DNA of 64,000 nt, from positions 12,772,001-12,836,000 of the forward strand of contig CM120645.1 in assembly GCA_051362555.1 (NCBI GenBank), in the 5' to 3' direction. Positions 1-15,229 of the stretch are shown here, in pieces. This DNA comes from Lingula anatina (Eukaryota > Animalia > Brachiopoda). A program made the translations under genes and the position numbers. The notes beneath the pieces are model-generated. The model saw only the letters and a program-made list of their open reading frames with translations, did no database searches and had not been told where the DNA came from. Every line of letters starts with the position of its first letter. Positions within the stretch are counted from its first letter, which is position 1.

Positions 1-3000
1 CGATTTTCTTGATGGGTTCAAGTTCAATCGGAAAGGTGAAACAGGTCTTGCCAAGAAAGAATAAAATGAATATTGCAAAAGTTTTAAAGAACAAACATTT
101 ATTTTAAAAAGTAGCTAATGAATTTTCGTTTGTAGAGAAAATATATTTGAATAATCAAATTACTGATACGTTTTATGACAGTGACATTGGTGCAAAACTG
201 AGATTTTAAAATGTGAGTAGTTCTTTTTAAAAACATCGCCTCACGAGAAATGTCGCAGGCTACAGAGCTCGTTTCGTAAAACGTTTTTCTTGTTAATGGC
301 GTTTAACCGAACCTTTTTTCTTTTGTTATCATTCTGATTAAGCATCCTTTAAAATCGGTGCGGCAGCATTCTTTAAATGCTCACACGTCAGTTCCTTCAT
401 CCGGATTATCTAATTTTTCCGTACTTTTTAAAACCTTTATTTTTCATGTTTGCATTGCGTTTTAATCGTAAAAAAAATGATAAAACCTTTGTTTTGCAGG
501 ATGTTTGTATGGTCTGCGGTAAAACGGTCACAGAAATAGTATTCAAACGATTTTAATTCCTTATCTATCGCTGCGACAAAAATAAGGAATTGTGGTTTAA
601 AAAGCAACTTAAAATAGTTTTGATAAAGAACAGTGTAAACCTAATTTGTATCAACAGACGTAAACCTAGGTTTTGAAGAAACCATACTTTACCTAAAACA
701 TCTTATCAAAAATACAAAAAAAGATAAAATATACAATCAAAACGATAATAAAAACAATCTATACTTATTCACTCGTTAACGATAAGGATTTTTGACAACT
801 TGATTGGAGGTTAATTGAGTGATATTTGAACGAGTTGGGAATGCCACCCAACAAGTCATATATAGGGGGTATCAGTAATGAACGGGCAGACGATACCGGG
901 GTACGCCATTGTTACCAGTCAGGCGGCAGTATAGGATGGAACAGCGGGACCGCTTTGTTGAAATGTCTTCATTGAAAAAGTGATCATGAGAAGATGTGTG
1001 AGAAACGTTTCTTCAGACACCATTGGCTTTTCTCAGAGCGTCACCGCTGCGAGCAGCCAAATATTGTACACCGTCAAAATTTCAAGGCTGAGAGTAACGT
1101 CTGCGGACTAATGATCTCCAAACGAGACCTCCGCCCCTCTTTCCCCGCCAGCGCGTTCCAATAGAAGCAGACGCTACAAAGCGGGATTCTTTGAAGAAGA
1201 TCTTTTCTTCTCGTCAAAGTCAAGTTAACAACACGTGGAATTAAAGACTTTTTTATGACTCTTTTCGCTGTTTATTGGCTTTTTGACGATTGATTTCGTG
1301 GGGGAGACCATTCTTTCTCTCGGTTTTTTTTCTTATTACTATTTGGTTTTTTTCTTCCAGCTCAAATAAAGATCATCTAAACTGAGGTCAACCGTTTGTT
1401 GACAGAAGTGCTTGTGAGTCCCACAGGTGAAGGTAAAACTTTAATAAACCACCGAGGGTGGCTTGCGATCTTCACAAGAGAGCTACGAGAAATATGACAA
1501 GCATTTTCAGGCAAAGAATTCGTCACATTGACGGGAAACCTCACACATTCATGAGAGCTTTTTGATGGGAGGTATTATTGCCTAAATCCGAACAAGCAAC
1601 ATGTTAAAGTTAACCTTTGTCATTGAGTCTGTAGCGACTTCTTCAGACCCGATAATCCAGCAAATGAAATAAAGTTAAGACTCGGGCGGGATTAACTTTT
1701 AAGACGTCCCCAACAGAGAAAGTTGTAAGACGCTAATCCTTGAATTGAATACCTGGACAGAGATCTCCAGTGAACAATTCAGAACAACTAACCGGTTGAT
1801 AAATAAATCTTCATCCCTCTTCATCATTAGCAATGACGTTCAGACAGAAAGTAACGGCTAAGAGAGAGAGAGGGAGAGAGAGAGAGAGAGAGTATGACCA
1901 ACCAACCGAATGGGTGGTGACAAAACAACGGCATTTATTTTAAGCAGGGTTTTTTCAAATCAATTTTCTTTATCTAATATCATTCCAACACTGTAGTGAA
2001 GCCTATCCCTAAACCATCGTTATAAATACTAACATACTTGAACAGAACAAAGACAGCCGTATTTAAAGTGAAATCAACGTTATCGGCTCCTTCAGATTGT
2101 TTAATCTGCTCTTTGAGTTAAATCATTCGTTATAATGATTAACCGTGGAGTGGAAATCGAGTCTGTTGTAGGAGTAAACTACGTCAGTTTTTATGATTTT
2201 TTAATAACGTGTAATGAAGAGGAATTGAACGTTGCAAGAAGATAGGGATTGTGGCACACTTCAGAATACGCAGACAGTAGAACACACGTTGGCGCAAATT
2301 TTCTGAAAACTCTTTCTCTGTCACGTTAGATATCCGCTCTGGTAACCGTCTTGTCAGTTGGCATAGAGGGTTTGTTCCTCGATCATTACGCCCTCCCTGC
2401 TAGCACGAACCCCCTTTCAGTCCCCCCCTCCCCCACACACCCTTCGCCCATTCAGCAACATATACCGGTTCTGTCAACAACTCACTTTAGAGGTGTTAAA
2501 CCCCAAGAAGATCCACAATTGAGTCATTAAAGCCAAATAATGACTCTGATATCGTAAGGTGAAATACAATGTCCCAAAGCTTTTAAAAAACGTCTTCATT
2601 CAGCAATCTGACCAGTTGAATTGACCCAAATTGTATTCATTTAATTTGCGAGTAATTTCATTTGAATTTCAAAGAATCACTCTAATAATATGTGGCTTAG
2701 AATTTATGCCGTGGAGCTGGAATTTGCGAGAAGGAATTTCGTCCCCGCGGACTCTAGTCCCGACTCCAAATTGGTCTTTTTTTTTTCTTTCAAGATCAGG
2801 TATTTCTATTTATTTCACCACAGCCTGATGAATGTCCAAACGGATTAGCATAAGTAGCTTTTGAAAAACATTATTCAAACAGATGGCATGTTTTCTTTGC
2901 GAAACCGCTTTGTAATTTCGCGAAACCTTGAAACAGTAATTCACATTTAATAGTGCACAAATTAGCCGAGGGGTTTTGAAAATTAGTGTGGTCTACTTGT

Positions 3001-3159
3001 AGTATACGTCGATTACTAAATAGGTCTAAGCATGTTAATATCATCTTCACTGATAATCTTATCAAATGTCAAATTCTCATTGAAAAAGATTATCAGAATT
3101 ACATGCAAAATTGAAGTCTGATGCAAGCCACCGCTCAATGAGCTGCGAAATTTTATGAA

Positions 3160-3480
3160 TGGAAGCTGACGTCACCAGGGCTGGATTTGCTTTGACACTT
3201 AACGACGGAATTAGCATTGTTTAAAGTTTACAATCAGCTTGCAACTGTGTCAAAATGAATTGGGCGAGACCAAATGTTTACTGTTAAGTCTAGTTGTTTC
3301 GAAACTCGCTTGCCAACCAGAGGGTATGAATGAGATGGTTGGGCGATAACCGCGACCTCTGATTGGCTAAGGTGGCCCTCTCTGGCTCCGCCCCCTTTGT
3401 TTTACCTGTTTAAGCTATTCTAGATAGCCAAGGTGATTCCCGTGATATAAATAAACCTGGTGTGCTCGAGGAACGGTATT
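3160..3480 (+). promoter_or_regulatory. Orphan Pol II core promoter (CRE, reverse CCAAT, GC box, TATA)
   Basis: TGACGTCA at 3167-3174, GATTGG at 3361, CTCCGCCCCC at about 3386 and TATAAATA at about 3446 occur in canonical order, followed by a strong donor at 3606/3607. Confidence 0.6.
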
Positions 3481-3606
3481 CGTGCTTAAACACAGCCAAG
3501 CACTGTTATCACATGGTCGAACTAAGGAAGTGTTATTTGACGAAGTAAGAAACGAACAGAGAGCGGAGAAAGTCCTGGTATCACATTACTACTATATACA
3601 AGACAG
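3475..3606 (+). other. Putative non-coding first exon (start approximate)
   Basis: Begins about 30 nt after the TATA and ends in CAG|GTGAGT. Contains only a short uORF (MVELRKCYLTK*). Confidence 0.5.
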
Positions 3607-4190
3607 GTGAGTGATGTTTATGTTACTTCATAAATACCGGAGTCCGTGTTATGACAAGGAACTGTCAGTGGTATTTAAACTAAGATTTACAACACAAACT
3701 TTCGCCGGCTGTGGATGTGTTTGATAGTACACCGATTCTCGTTCTATTTATTGCACGTTGGGTAATTTTATAAATCAAACAAGCGTTAGGACTTCGTATA
3801 CAGCAAACAATGCACACAGGACAATCGAATGTGGATTAACATGCCATTGGATCTTAAAACACGACTAAAAGTTTACACATGGAACTTTTAAGATTTTTCG
3901 TAAACCTATGCTCACCCGCGACCTACCCAATTAACAAATATCATCGCGCGTATACGCCGCATAAGGTGGCTGTAATTCCCAGACAGTCTGAGTTTTTTAT
4001 TTTATAAATACCGACAGATTTGTTTTTATTCCGAGCTATTATTGTATTCGGATTGCCAATTAAATTACTGGCCGGGACCTGACAAGTTCTGGTTCAAATC
4101 GAGTCTCCAGACCGCAGACTCTCGGCACACATACACGAGACACACTAACACGTGGGTTGGTTGCTGACACCATTTTGTTGAAGAACGTGT

Positions 4191-4442
<252 letters not shown>

Positions 4443-7400
4443 CAGACGGGGTTCAAATGCCAAACCGCAAGCCTCACAGGAAACAGTTAATAATTTGACC
4501 CCCACTGGTCAAACGTTTTAAATCATTTTATTGGCCCAAAAAGATAAAAGCAATGTGTAGGGAGTTCTCAAGCATGTGACACAAATAACCGCTTCATTGT
4601 AAATGTTGAAGATATTTCGTGTTAAGCCCTGGCCGGCACCACACACTTAAACGAAACAGTTGACACGTATACCAAAGCTATTGCACGTATCGAAGAAATC
4701 CCCCTTTTCCCCTCCAAGAAAACACCGCCAGACGAATCTATTTATGGCAGCTTACTGTGGAATTCGATGTCTAATCAAAACTTCACCATTTCTGGTGACG
4801 TTGGGTTCAAAGTTCCAACCCCTCTCGTAACGATTTAACACCGGTGTCCACCTCTGTCGAACACCTGTGTACGTGGGCAGAGCGGTCAGCCGAAGACAGG
4901 GGACGGGGAGAGAGGGGGGGGGGGTCCAAAACGTTAACACGAATACACACCGCAAACCTGATAAATTACTCTACCACCTTACTTCCTTCATTCCTCCGCC
5001 TCTATATATCAAGCTACTATTCGCGGAAGGCGAAAAACAAAAGCCCAAAACATTTATAATTCAGGTAAAGACTGCGCATTCCACAACCGCTCTCACGGCT
5101 TAATCCCTCTCTCTCTCTCGTACACGCACACTGCGGTCGCTCTTTACCGCGTTATCAGTACCGCCAAGGTAAGCTAAGTCACATCTGGCTTATGTCTAAT
5201 GTGCGGCCCTATCTCACAGACGAATCGCGCACAATAATAATAACACAATCACCGGAGTAAACTACTTCCTCAAAACTTTCATATCGCGTTAGGGGGCCTA
5301 ACCCGAGGAATTCTCGGTCGATCTCGTGACACCGGTTGTCTCGTCGGCGTTGTGAGTGTCACCAAGGCTTGGCCATCTCCGTAGGGTAGGGCGGCTTAAG
5401 TCCAAGAGAACTGATAAGCAACTTCAAAGAAACAGCAGAGACTGTGCCCAGACTTGCCCTGCCACCGAATCTCGTCGCGTGCCAGAGCTACCAATGTCAC
5501 TTCCTTTACGGGAGCACATGATCAACAAAATCAACACACGGCGCTATCGGGACCCGTTCTTGTACGCACCTGGCGTATGTTGATAGAGCCTGACCCCAGC
5601 ATTCGAAATATGCAATTAAGGTTTTTACAGAACATATCTGCTCCTTGCGTTCTGCAGACACCCCTGCCCCCCAAGTAAAGAGCCGGTGATAGATTGGAAA
5701 ATTGTCCGTGAATTGGGATGGAGTGAAGGGGGGGGGGGGGGGGGGGCTGACATTGTCTTCTTGGTTAAAACGTTGTTATGCAAAGGGGGAGAGAGTAATT
5801 ATTAGATAAGATTTTTAATGAAGTTATGTAGAATTTTTTTTAAATTGAAAATTTAGTTTTAAAACGTTAGTTCAAACAGGAAGCGTTTGCCTAATGCGCC
5901 GTGTTTGTTTGCAAGCAGATATCAAAGCATTCCTCCCACAAATTATTTCATAATTCCAAGGATTCATATACATTGAGAAGTCTGAGAAAGATGGGGCATC
6001 TAAGATACGCGGTTCGCATCTTTATCACACCAGGAAAATTACCAAATCGCTTGGTCAAAATAGCATTAACGCTAGCAGAGTGTGAAAATATGATTACTAA
6101 TATATGATTGCTAATAGCGCTTCAGGGAGGTCTGTCTTATTAGATGTGTACCGTCTGCTTTCTTTTTTTTACACTCAGGTGCTTTATGGACGAAGTATAA
6201 TTTGGTTTTAATTTCCAACAATCTACAACGCTTAAAAAGTGACAGCGAGGAAGGCGCGTTAAGTGGGGATTAGGCAGGGAAAATCATCGTTTTTTTCTCC
6301 CGCTGTAACATTTTTTTCGGGACAATAATGACATCATAAGCCTCATACAGAATCATTTTTACACGTTTTGAGCATGTTTGACGGTTAGAGGCTAAAGGCC
6401 GACTTTTTCTCGTGATTTACTAGTGACATTTTTTTCTTAAAATTATTGTTGCTCTATAAACATTTTCACTACGATTTCTATTTTGACAGTTCTTGGAAAA
6501 ACTACAGTTTATTTTCAATCTATCGTCAGTCAAGAATAAGTTGTCAGTTGTCGGCGGGAAATGATGAGCGCGTGAACTAAACGGGTGAGAGACAGTTTTG
6601 TTGCCCTATTAATCGAAAAAAAAATAATGAAGTAAAAAAAAAACCTTGAAAACTGTGTCGGTGTACCTACTTGCAAATGCAATACTGCGTAATTTCTCAG
6701 ATGGTTGTTTTTCCTTCGGAGCAGACATCTATAAAAACAAGGTTCTTGTTCTGCAATAGTAAAATATGACAGAACATTACACCTTCATAGTAGACACCGC
6801 GGCTGCTCCACCCAAATTTATTCCATATTCTCTCGGAAAATATTTCGGCCTTTCACTTCAGCTAACGCTAACAGTACTATTTATAAACTGATCTATGCTG
6901 TTGCCGCCCCTGGGTTTGTATAAATCACGGTAACTCATTTTGGAGGTTTGCAGAAAACGGAAAAGCAGAAATCATTGTGGTGCCCGGAAACATTTTCTTT
7001 GACAGTTTGTAATGGGAAATTCATGACTGCGCGTTTGATCTCGTGGCTCCCACACCACCAGGGAACTTACAGTTTTCCTAAAATAAAACTTATCTTGTCT
7101 CTCAGAAAAATAAATATGTTGAAAGGAACTGTTAGTTATAGTAAGGGGTTCAAATGAACGAGCACTTTCTCCGTGTATAATGCCCGCAGCGACAGGGCTC
7201 CCAGCGAGTCATAAATAGCTTGTTTGTCCAACTTCCAGTGTTTAAATGCTGTAAGATTAAGTCATCAACAATTACATTTAGAAATGTAACTGATTACTAG
7301 ATTACAAAATAAACAATAGGTAACGGATTGGACAAGCTTACACGAGTCTGAGGAATTCAGTTTAAATAATGAGCCGCTTGGTATACGTATAGCGTAATGT

Positions 7401-10400
7401 AAAGAAACTTCTCCCACCATTCAGCTAAGTCATGGGATTAGAACGAAGTGAGAAGTCAGATAACAAGCTCCTGCTAAAGTAAACTCTCATACAAGATATG
7501 GGGAAGTGGAATAACTCATAAGAGATTCATAAAAGAACTTAGCTTGCGGAGAAATTGATATGATGAAACTGTGGTTTCGCCAACTCACGCTATGTGCGGT
7601 CTTGTCGGTCCAATCCGCAGGTTTACGGTTAAATTTATTTTCAACCCGTCCGATTCAGAAAATTAGCCTAAAAGCGCAACATTCTGTCCAATAATCCCCT
7701 TGCTAAATATTTGAAGTACGTATCCAAGCTGACTTATCAATTGACGCCGGAAAACTGCTACTGTGGAGTTAAAATCCCTTCTCACCTGCTTATTTATCAA
7801 ATGCAAAACGCAAAATAATAAACTGATATTTTTCAGATCACAAAGAATAATACATTTGTCCACTTCGTGTTAGGTATTTATTTTTACACGCAGAAATCCG
7901 CGAAAACTGATCCGGCGAACATACGGGAGGGCAAATATTTGTCTGAGATTCCCATCTATTCGGTTAAATTTTTTAATTGCGGCTAGCCGAGGTTGGACCC
8001 CACATTTAACGGCGCATTAGCCTTAAACTTAAACACAGTTTTCATGTCCATTAAATATGTTGATTGTGGACGTTTGACCGAATCTGAGTGCTCTATGAAA
8101 CAGAATATCTTTGTCTGATGAATGTTCATGTCTGCTGAGAATAGGTATTGAGATTGCCTCTTCTAAGATATATGAATGCTAAGGTCGCATTTTATCCCTT
8201 CGTTATAATGCTGTTTCTTTCAGTCACCCATCACTTCCTTTCCAATGTAGAGACTAACGAAATAAAAAAAGTAAAAAAAAAGCGCTCCTCACGAAAAAAA
8301 TACGTTTTCGAAAATAAAAAGTAAAAAATTGCACTCCTTCAAAAAATGCGAGCGATTTCAACATGTCTGAGCTCTTTTCATTCCTCTGTAAAAGTATTCA
8401 GAAGTATTCAGTCCTTCCGCCGATGAATGAAATTGACAAATATCTTCGAGCAAATACGAGGCCACTTAAAACTGATAACTTCTTATCTAAGGAACGCGAT
8501 TTTATCGTGGCTATTTAATCCTTTGATTCAGGACCTGAAAAAATGCGCAAATTACGAGGACTATCACTAAGAGTGTGCTATTAACACTTTGCGTTGAGAG
8601 GTTTTAGATTTATTCGTTGCTACGATTCTCGTCGCTTTTTTTTTTCCAAAGCTTTGAGACTGATTTGAAGCTAAAATCTCCGCCCAAAAAATGACGAAAA
8701 CTATCTGCTGGTGTCTCAGAATGACACAAGCAATGAAAATATCAATGTGTAGAATTCCATTTGTCTGCCCCCTGTCATCAAATATGAAACTCAAAACAAA
8801 AGCCAAAGAATCTTACCACCACCCCAATTGACGAGTTCACTGACTTATAGAATATTTTCCTTGACCCTAGGGAGAATTTCTCCGTTCCTGTCTCCCATCA
8901 CTGTGAACGCTATTCTTCAGTAGACCGACTGCTCCGTCGTAAATCATGTTAGAAAGTTATATAGATGTCCCTTACACTGTAATATCAAAGAACAGACGAA
9001 AGGAATTTACACGCGATTTCCTCACGCTATTGTGTTGCGTGTTGCAATATGCGAAAAACGAAGGAAATTATTCTTTAAACGTTTTTACTCGATTAAAAAG
9101 CATCTAGAATATTTTTCTTCTTTGGTACGCTCAATGTGTATATGTGTGTATACCGAATAATGTGCACAAGAGTATTTTTTAAAATTATTAATCATCTTTT
9201 AAGAAACAGATGTCCCAACACCTCAGTAAAGCAAATGTCCGTGAGTTTCTCTGGCCTCACGTAGCAACAATTGAATTCAAGGAATTAACACTTCAACCGC
9301 GATGGTGAATCAGTCCTAAGATCTTGGAACTCTCGCCAAATGTTTTTGATCTAATGGCCTTCCAGAAAAAATTCCTAGAATCATCCTCGGGACAGTATTA
9401 CTCATTATCAGGCTGATGAAAAAACCCGAGCTTTCTAGACAAGGGGAATATACATATTAATATTATACGTAATTTAAAAAATAAATACTTTAAAAATCAA
9501 AACCAAGCGAGAATTAATTTCTAGGGGTATTGTTTTTCTTTCTTGAAAAAATCTAATACTATAGAAAAAGCCTTGTTGGTACGATGCCAACGATTTAGCC
9601 GCATAGCAATATAAACAAATACTACATAAGAATTGCTATGTAGCACTATTAATTATAGTTATCCGAATACCTGCGTTTATCCAGGCCGGCTTATGGTGAT
9701 AGGGAGCCAAGTGTGAGGTAATGCTCGAGGAAGCAAATTATCACACTTTCAATAATGACCAGAATCTTAATTTTCGGATTTTCCTGGCTCATTTTGAGAA
9801 AATCCCTCGGTTTGCAAACAACGGGCCGCGAACGCGACGTCATAGATAAGATTAGACGGCCGAAGTGAGGATCCAGTATTGTTTCTCAGAAGTTTTTTTT
9901 CTTCCTTTAATTGATCGCGTATAGCGCCTTTGTGATAGTTCGTATTAAATGAACGAGGTGATAATATTACTTTGAATGCTTGGCATGCTTTATTTGTTCT
10001 TCTGACTCAGTCTGCGTTGCTGACTCCTTGCTTCCCGATCGATCATTTCCTATTCTAAACAAGTGAATCAATTGTTTTTCTCATAACCGAAGAGCACCAT
10101 CGCTTATCAATTCTCAGTTATCACAAATAAAAAAGCCATCGGTGATAGAACGCTTAGGAAATACGAGAGACAGTCATTTGCCCCAGTTGCGAAATATATA
10201 CAAGGAAACTGCGAAAATAAACACGCATAATGTGAAATAGAACAATGTTTGAGGCTTCGGAACTTGGAACGCACCCAGACGATTGAAACACATATCCTAG
10301 CAAGGGCCTAATCTATCACCAACACCGACGCCTCGGGCGCGAAAAAAGAACCCAGCATCGCGTGCAGCGGACAACATGTTAAGGGACGATGACAACGAAA

Positions 10401-11616
10401 ATGCCCAAATCCTTTTTCCCTGCGCAACCGCGCCAACCACAGAAATTTAGCATGATTGTCCGGTGCCTTGTAGTTCTAGTAAGAATTATTTCAAAAACAT
10501 CTCCTCTACGTCAAATATACATTCCATTGAAAATGTCGGTGACATTTTATAGGAAAGATATGACGGGTAAAAAAAATCACATCCATTTTTATTTTCAAAT
10601 GAATAATGTTAGTTACGAAAGAGAAATTTTTACATAAATTGCTGTAAAGTATTAAAAAAAAATACTCCACTTGACCAGCCATTTTTCCCTTTTGAGACGG
10701 GAAATCTGCACATAAACTGCAAAATAACATCATCAATACCAATATAAGAACGGCCGACAATATTTCTAGAGTTGCGCACACACCCGGTCAAGTCTCTGGT
10801 GTAATGTAGTTGTTTGTTTTGCGTTCCACGTGTCGGGCAGTAAGTATCTGGACGGCGCTCGCACTCCCTGTCACGATAGTCCATTTGGCGACCGCAGTCA
10901 GCTCGCGATGGGACGGCATCACAATAGAAATCGTCAAAACTAGCATCGCGCGATCTGCCCGTACTTAAAATATAAAAGCGCCGAATACTGACAGAGACCA
11001 TAGGCTTAATTTCAACGGCCACTGTCTAACAAGCAACGTGTACTCAAAGCGTCATTCTGTGCTACTTCCAAGTTCTGTATCTATTTTTTATACAGCATAG
11101 AGAACACTGAAGAAAAAAACAAAACAAAAACTCCCTTACAGGTACCTTAAACGTTTTAAACAGAAAAATTATGAAATAAGGAATGGCATTCTCAATAATA
11201 AAATGCTACTCACAAATTTACTTTCATGGAATACGACTGAATATTCTTTCCGTACATGACTGTATTATAACACGGAAGCGCTGGTAGCCCGCTAAGCCCC
11301 GCCCTCTAGTTGACTTCCCATTACGAGATATTAGCTCTTCCCGCCCCCGCACTTACAGGGTAATTAACCAATTGGGACTCAGAATCTACATCTAATGAGG
11401 CTAATAGTCCGGAAGAGCGACTGATTCAGAAAATATGGATAATCCCTCAACGCGGTTGTCGTCTCTACCGCCATCCGTCGGGACATTTGTATCGCTGGCA
11501 GCAAGCGGGGGAGGTGTTAGGAAAAAAATTACAAAAAACCGCTTAAGCATCTATCTTTGATTCGCCGCCAGTGGCTACTGTAGTACGGCGGTAGATCTTA
11601 GAGAGGTAGAGGGGGT

Positions 11617-11617
<1 letters not shown>

Positions 11618-11657
<40 letters not shown>
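11618..11657. repeat. (GA)n microsatellite
   Basis: Pure GA run. Similar simple repeats occur at about 1862, 23570, 34096, 34270, 57377 (AAT), 58397 (ATT) and 60342 (AT). Confidence 0.95.
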
Positions 11658-11660
<3 letters not shown>

Positions 11661-14600
11661 GGGAGGTTATTATTGTACAACCAAATATCAACATGGTCCT
11701 AACATCGCGGTCCTCTGTTGTTCTTTTTATTCAATCATACTGTTGTGAAATTAAAACCACACTGTATAATAGTGCGCCGCAACCTGTGTAAATAGACATA
11801 GGCCTGAGATCGGAAGAAGTGAAGAAAAGATAGATTTATCATCGCGTTCAGCCCCAATCCCTCTTTTAATTTCTCTCGGCTTTAAAAACCCAGCAACGCA
11901 GGGGGTAGCGAGGAATGCGGTTTTTCGGAGATAAATATGGGGTCTAAAGATTCTATTTTTACTCAGATGGCACCCTGTTCTGATTAAGTTGTGTAACAGT
12001 GGCTAAATCACTCAGACGCCGCAGACACACTGAGCGCTTATTATCCTCCAAACTAGTGGTTTGGAGTGTTTTATCGGATCTGATATCGCGCTACCAATTC
12101 CCACCTCCGTACATCAGGACGTTTTGTCAGGCACAGATAAATTAAACCCCGATCATCATCTTGTAATTGTTTCCTTTACAAATGTCCCGCCGGTTTTGAC
12201 AGCGTGTAATACGCCGTTTTGTAACACTGAACAGAGCACAGAGTATAATCATAGGGTTGGAGACAAAATCCCCGTCGCCTCCACGTACTGTAGGAATGAA
12301 AACGTGAGAGCTTTCTACCTGGCTTTCCACGAGTGAGTTATGGGTTAAGTAATCCACGTGGCCCTGACCCCTGTAATTACTACACAAATGACGAGAAAGT
12401 AATCATTGAACGTTACTCTCGGCCGCCCTCGCGTCTCTGTATCATACTCCCTAGTCCCCTCCCCCCGGGCACTTGCTCCCGTCTCTGTCATTTCCCATTT
12501 TGTGCCTCGGCTAACGATGTGAGATTAATTTAGAGAAAGAGCTGCCGCCGCCGAGCGTTGTGCGGAAGTTAGAACCCCCCTTAACCTTGACCGCGCACCG
12601 GCAGGGCTTAATTACGCGTATTAATCACGGCCACCGTCGTCTTTGATCGGCGACGAAGTTGTTGTTTTAATTTCTAATTGGAGGCGGCTCCCCATAGACA
12701 ATATGGTCTTACATAGAACGCGTTTTCTTTTCTGCAAATGAGCTCTTTATTAGCACTTGTTCATTCATGCTTGTGTTTAGTCATCGGATAAAATTAATAA
12801 TTGCGAAAGCTGTATAAATATGGGCAGAAAGATACCGCACAGCAATACTTTGGAGCAGAGCATCCTGCAGAGCAATAGTTTCCATTAACTATATTTTATT
12901 CTGAAAAAAAGAGGAAAGGAAAACTTTAACTTGAGCAGTGAGTTTAAGGATTCTACTGAACGCTCGGCTACCGAACCGTACAAGTAAGTAAATAGCATGG
13001 CGGTCAAAAGCCCTTTCTTGCATTTAGCGCTACAGTAACGAGCGAGAGAGTTTATATAGCGTAAAAGTGGCGAGGTTTCACTGAACTTAATAGACTGGTA
13101 GGTTCTGCTTGGCTGATGTGCCTTGAAATTTGAACACGTATAAACACACGTAAACGGCCACGGACACAATACGAACGTGTAATCTTCAGATTATCAGAGG
13201 CGAGGTAAGGAGCCGAAATCAAGAGGCCTTTGCATTATGCCGTGATAGATTCGTCTCGTGATCGATATCCCGTTTTATTGAATCAATTCGGCTTTCATGC
13301 ACGTCATGATTGGGGGAAGCGGTTCTCGGAATTCTCAGAAAATCTTAGTCATGTTCATTATGATAGTATCATTAGGGGAGAGAAACACCGTTCTCGGCGG
13401 GGGTAATGCCATTTTCTTCGAAACTAACAGTGGCGAATTACAGGCCTGATCGTTTTTGCACGGCGGCTTACCATAGAAAATTTATTGCTACATTAAATTT
13501 CACGCAAATGTAGGGTTAATCAGACTTCGCAGTGTTTAGATTACATGATAAATGTATGATCCTGTGAAACACTGTGAAATTATGTTACGCTGCGAAATTA
13601 GGGACACGTCTGTAAATTGCAGTTGCCTCTCTTCAACGAGAATGCCCTCATCCCGCAGAGGGGGTAAGAAAAAGCGACTTTTCTCAAAGAACAGGGGAAC
13701 TGTCTAAAAATTGAACCTGACAGTGGCACATTCTAGTTCCGCTCTTTTCAGTGTATCAATCAAAACAACATTTAATGATGAAAAAATATTTATAGCTGGT
13801 CTGTGCTGTTATGCTTGGTCTAATGAGGTCACGGCAGAGTTCGTGATCGGCTGGGAGGTGTGTGGGCACGAACGTGCGTGATAACATTGAAAAGAGCTAT
13901 CGTGAAATAGAGTCAGCATTTTGCTGTCTTTGTTCGATATTTTTTTGTTTAATTTTCGCTTGAGTCTTTTTTGTTTTCTGCGATACACTTTCTACGACGC
14001 GGGTTAAATTAACCAAGATTGGACGTTTTACGTAGTTTTTTTTCAGGCCAACTACTTTCTGTTTTTCCATTTTAGTTTTGTATTTATTGATAAAAAAGTA
14101 TTAAGTCAAAGAAGTTGACCTTGAATATTTAACAGAATAAGCTTTTTGCTCCACGGTCTGCTAGCGGGGGAAAACCGCGAGTAAGAGCAAAAAATAATAT
14201 CAACAGATAACGGGCCTATAAATAGTCACGGACTTATCTTCGGCTGCTCCCGGAAATTTCCGCAAACAGAAGCCGACTGTTGTTGTAATTTAAAACAATA
14301 AAGCATATTAGTGCATCATTGGTTTTGTGTGAGCACTGGGCGCTCCTTCTTTCCGTCGGTTCAACTTGATCTTTTTCCGTTCACTAATACTAGGTATTGT
14401 TTCAATTGCCATCGGTATGCGAGCAAACCTACATTTTCAAACAAAGGTTCCACACTCGATTTCACGCGGACTAAGAAAACTGCTTAAAAGAAAGGATGGA
14501 ATAAGGAAGAAAAACTTCCGTAGTGCGAACAAATTTAGAATTCCCACCGTTAATCACCGATTGTAGTGGTCACACTAATCTGGGCCTGGGATGCGTTGTT

Positions 14601-15229
14601 ACGCGATCTTTTACTCAAATCAGCCCAAGCTGAAAATGAATGGACTTAAGGGAATAATTCATTTAATCATGATAATTCTGGAAAATATCGACGAATCGCC
14701 TGCTCTCTACTATTTGCTAGAAACAAATCGATCTCTGATTTCCAGGGAATAGGGGGATCACACCACGCTTTAAAATAGCCTCTCTTGTGGTCTCCGAATA
14801 CCAAGAATAAAACTGGATGTGGTTCAATGTATCGAGATACAGTAATTAAAACTCAAGAGAGGGCTCGACACAGCTGAAAGAATAGAGATCATCTTTTCTC
14901 GTGTAGGGGGTCAATTAAAACAATACCTTCCTATCAAATCATTGACCGGATATCAAATTAATTGTAATCTGCCCACAAGAAGGCTATTTTTAGTGTTTCC
15001 CAGCCCCGTTGTTGTCTTAGTAATTTGTCCAAATTAAGAGATCAAACTCACAAAGGCCGTTTCTCATTCGCCACCAGTGAGAAATTAATTGCTCGGTTCT
15101 GTCGGTAATGTTCATGCCTCTTGGTAATTGACACTTTGATAGACATTCTTACTACTGGCTTTCTAGTAAACGTTTACAACTCTACAGATGTTTTGAATGA
15201 TCCAATTTTCAGCAGCAACCACGTAACGG

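Noticed and set aside
5401-5422. miR-184-like GAGAACTGATAAG
   Set aside because: The seed region does not match and there is no hairpin. CTTTGATGAGC at about 37978 (miR-2 3' end) is likewise only 11 nt.
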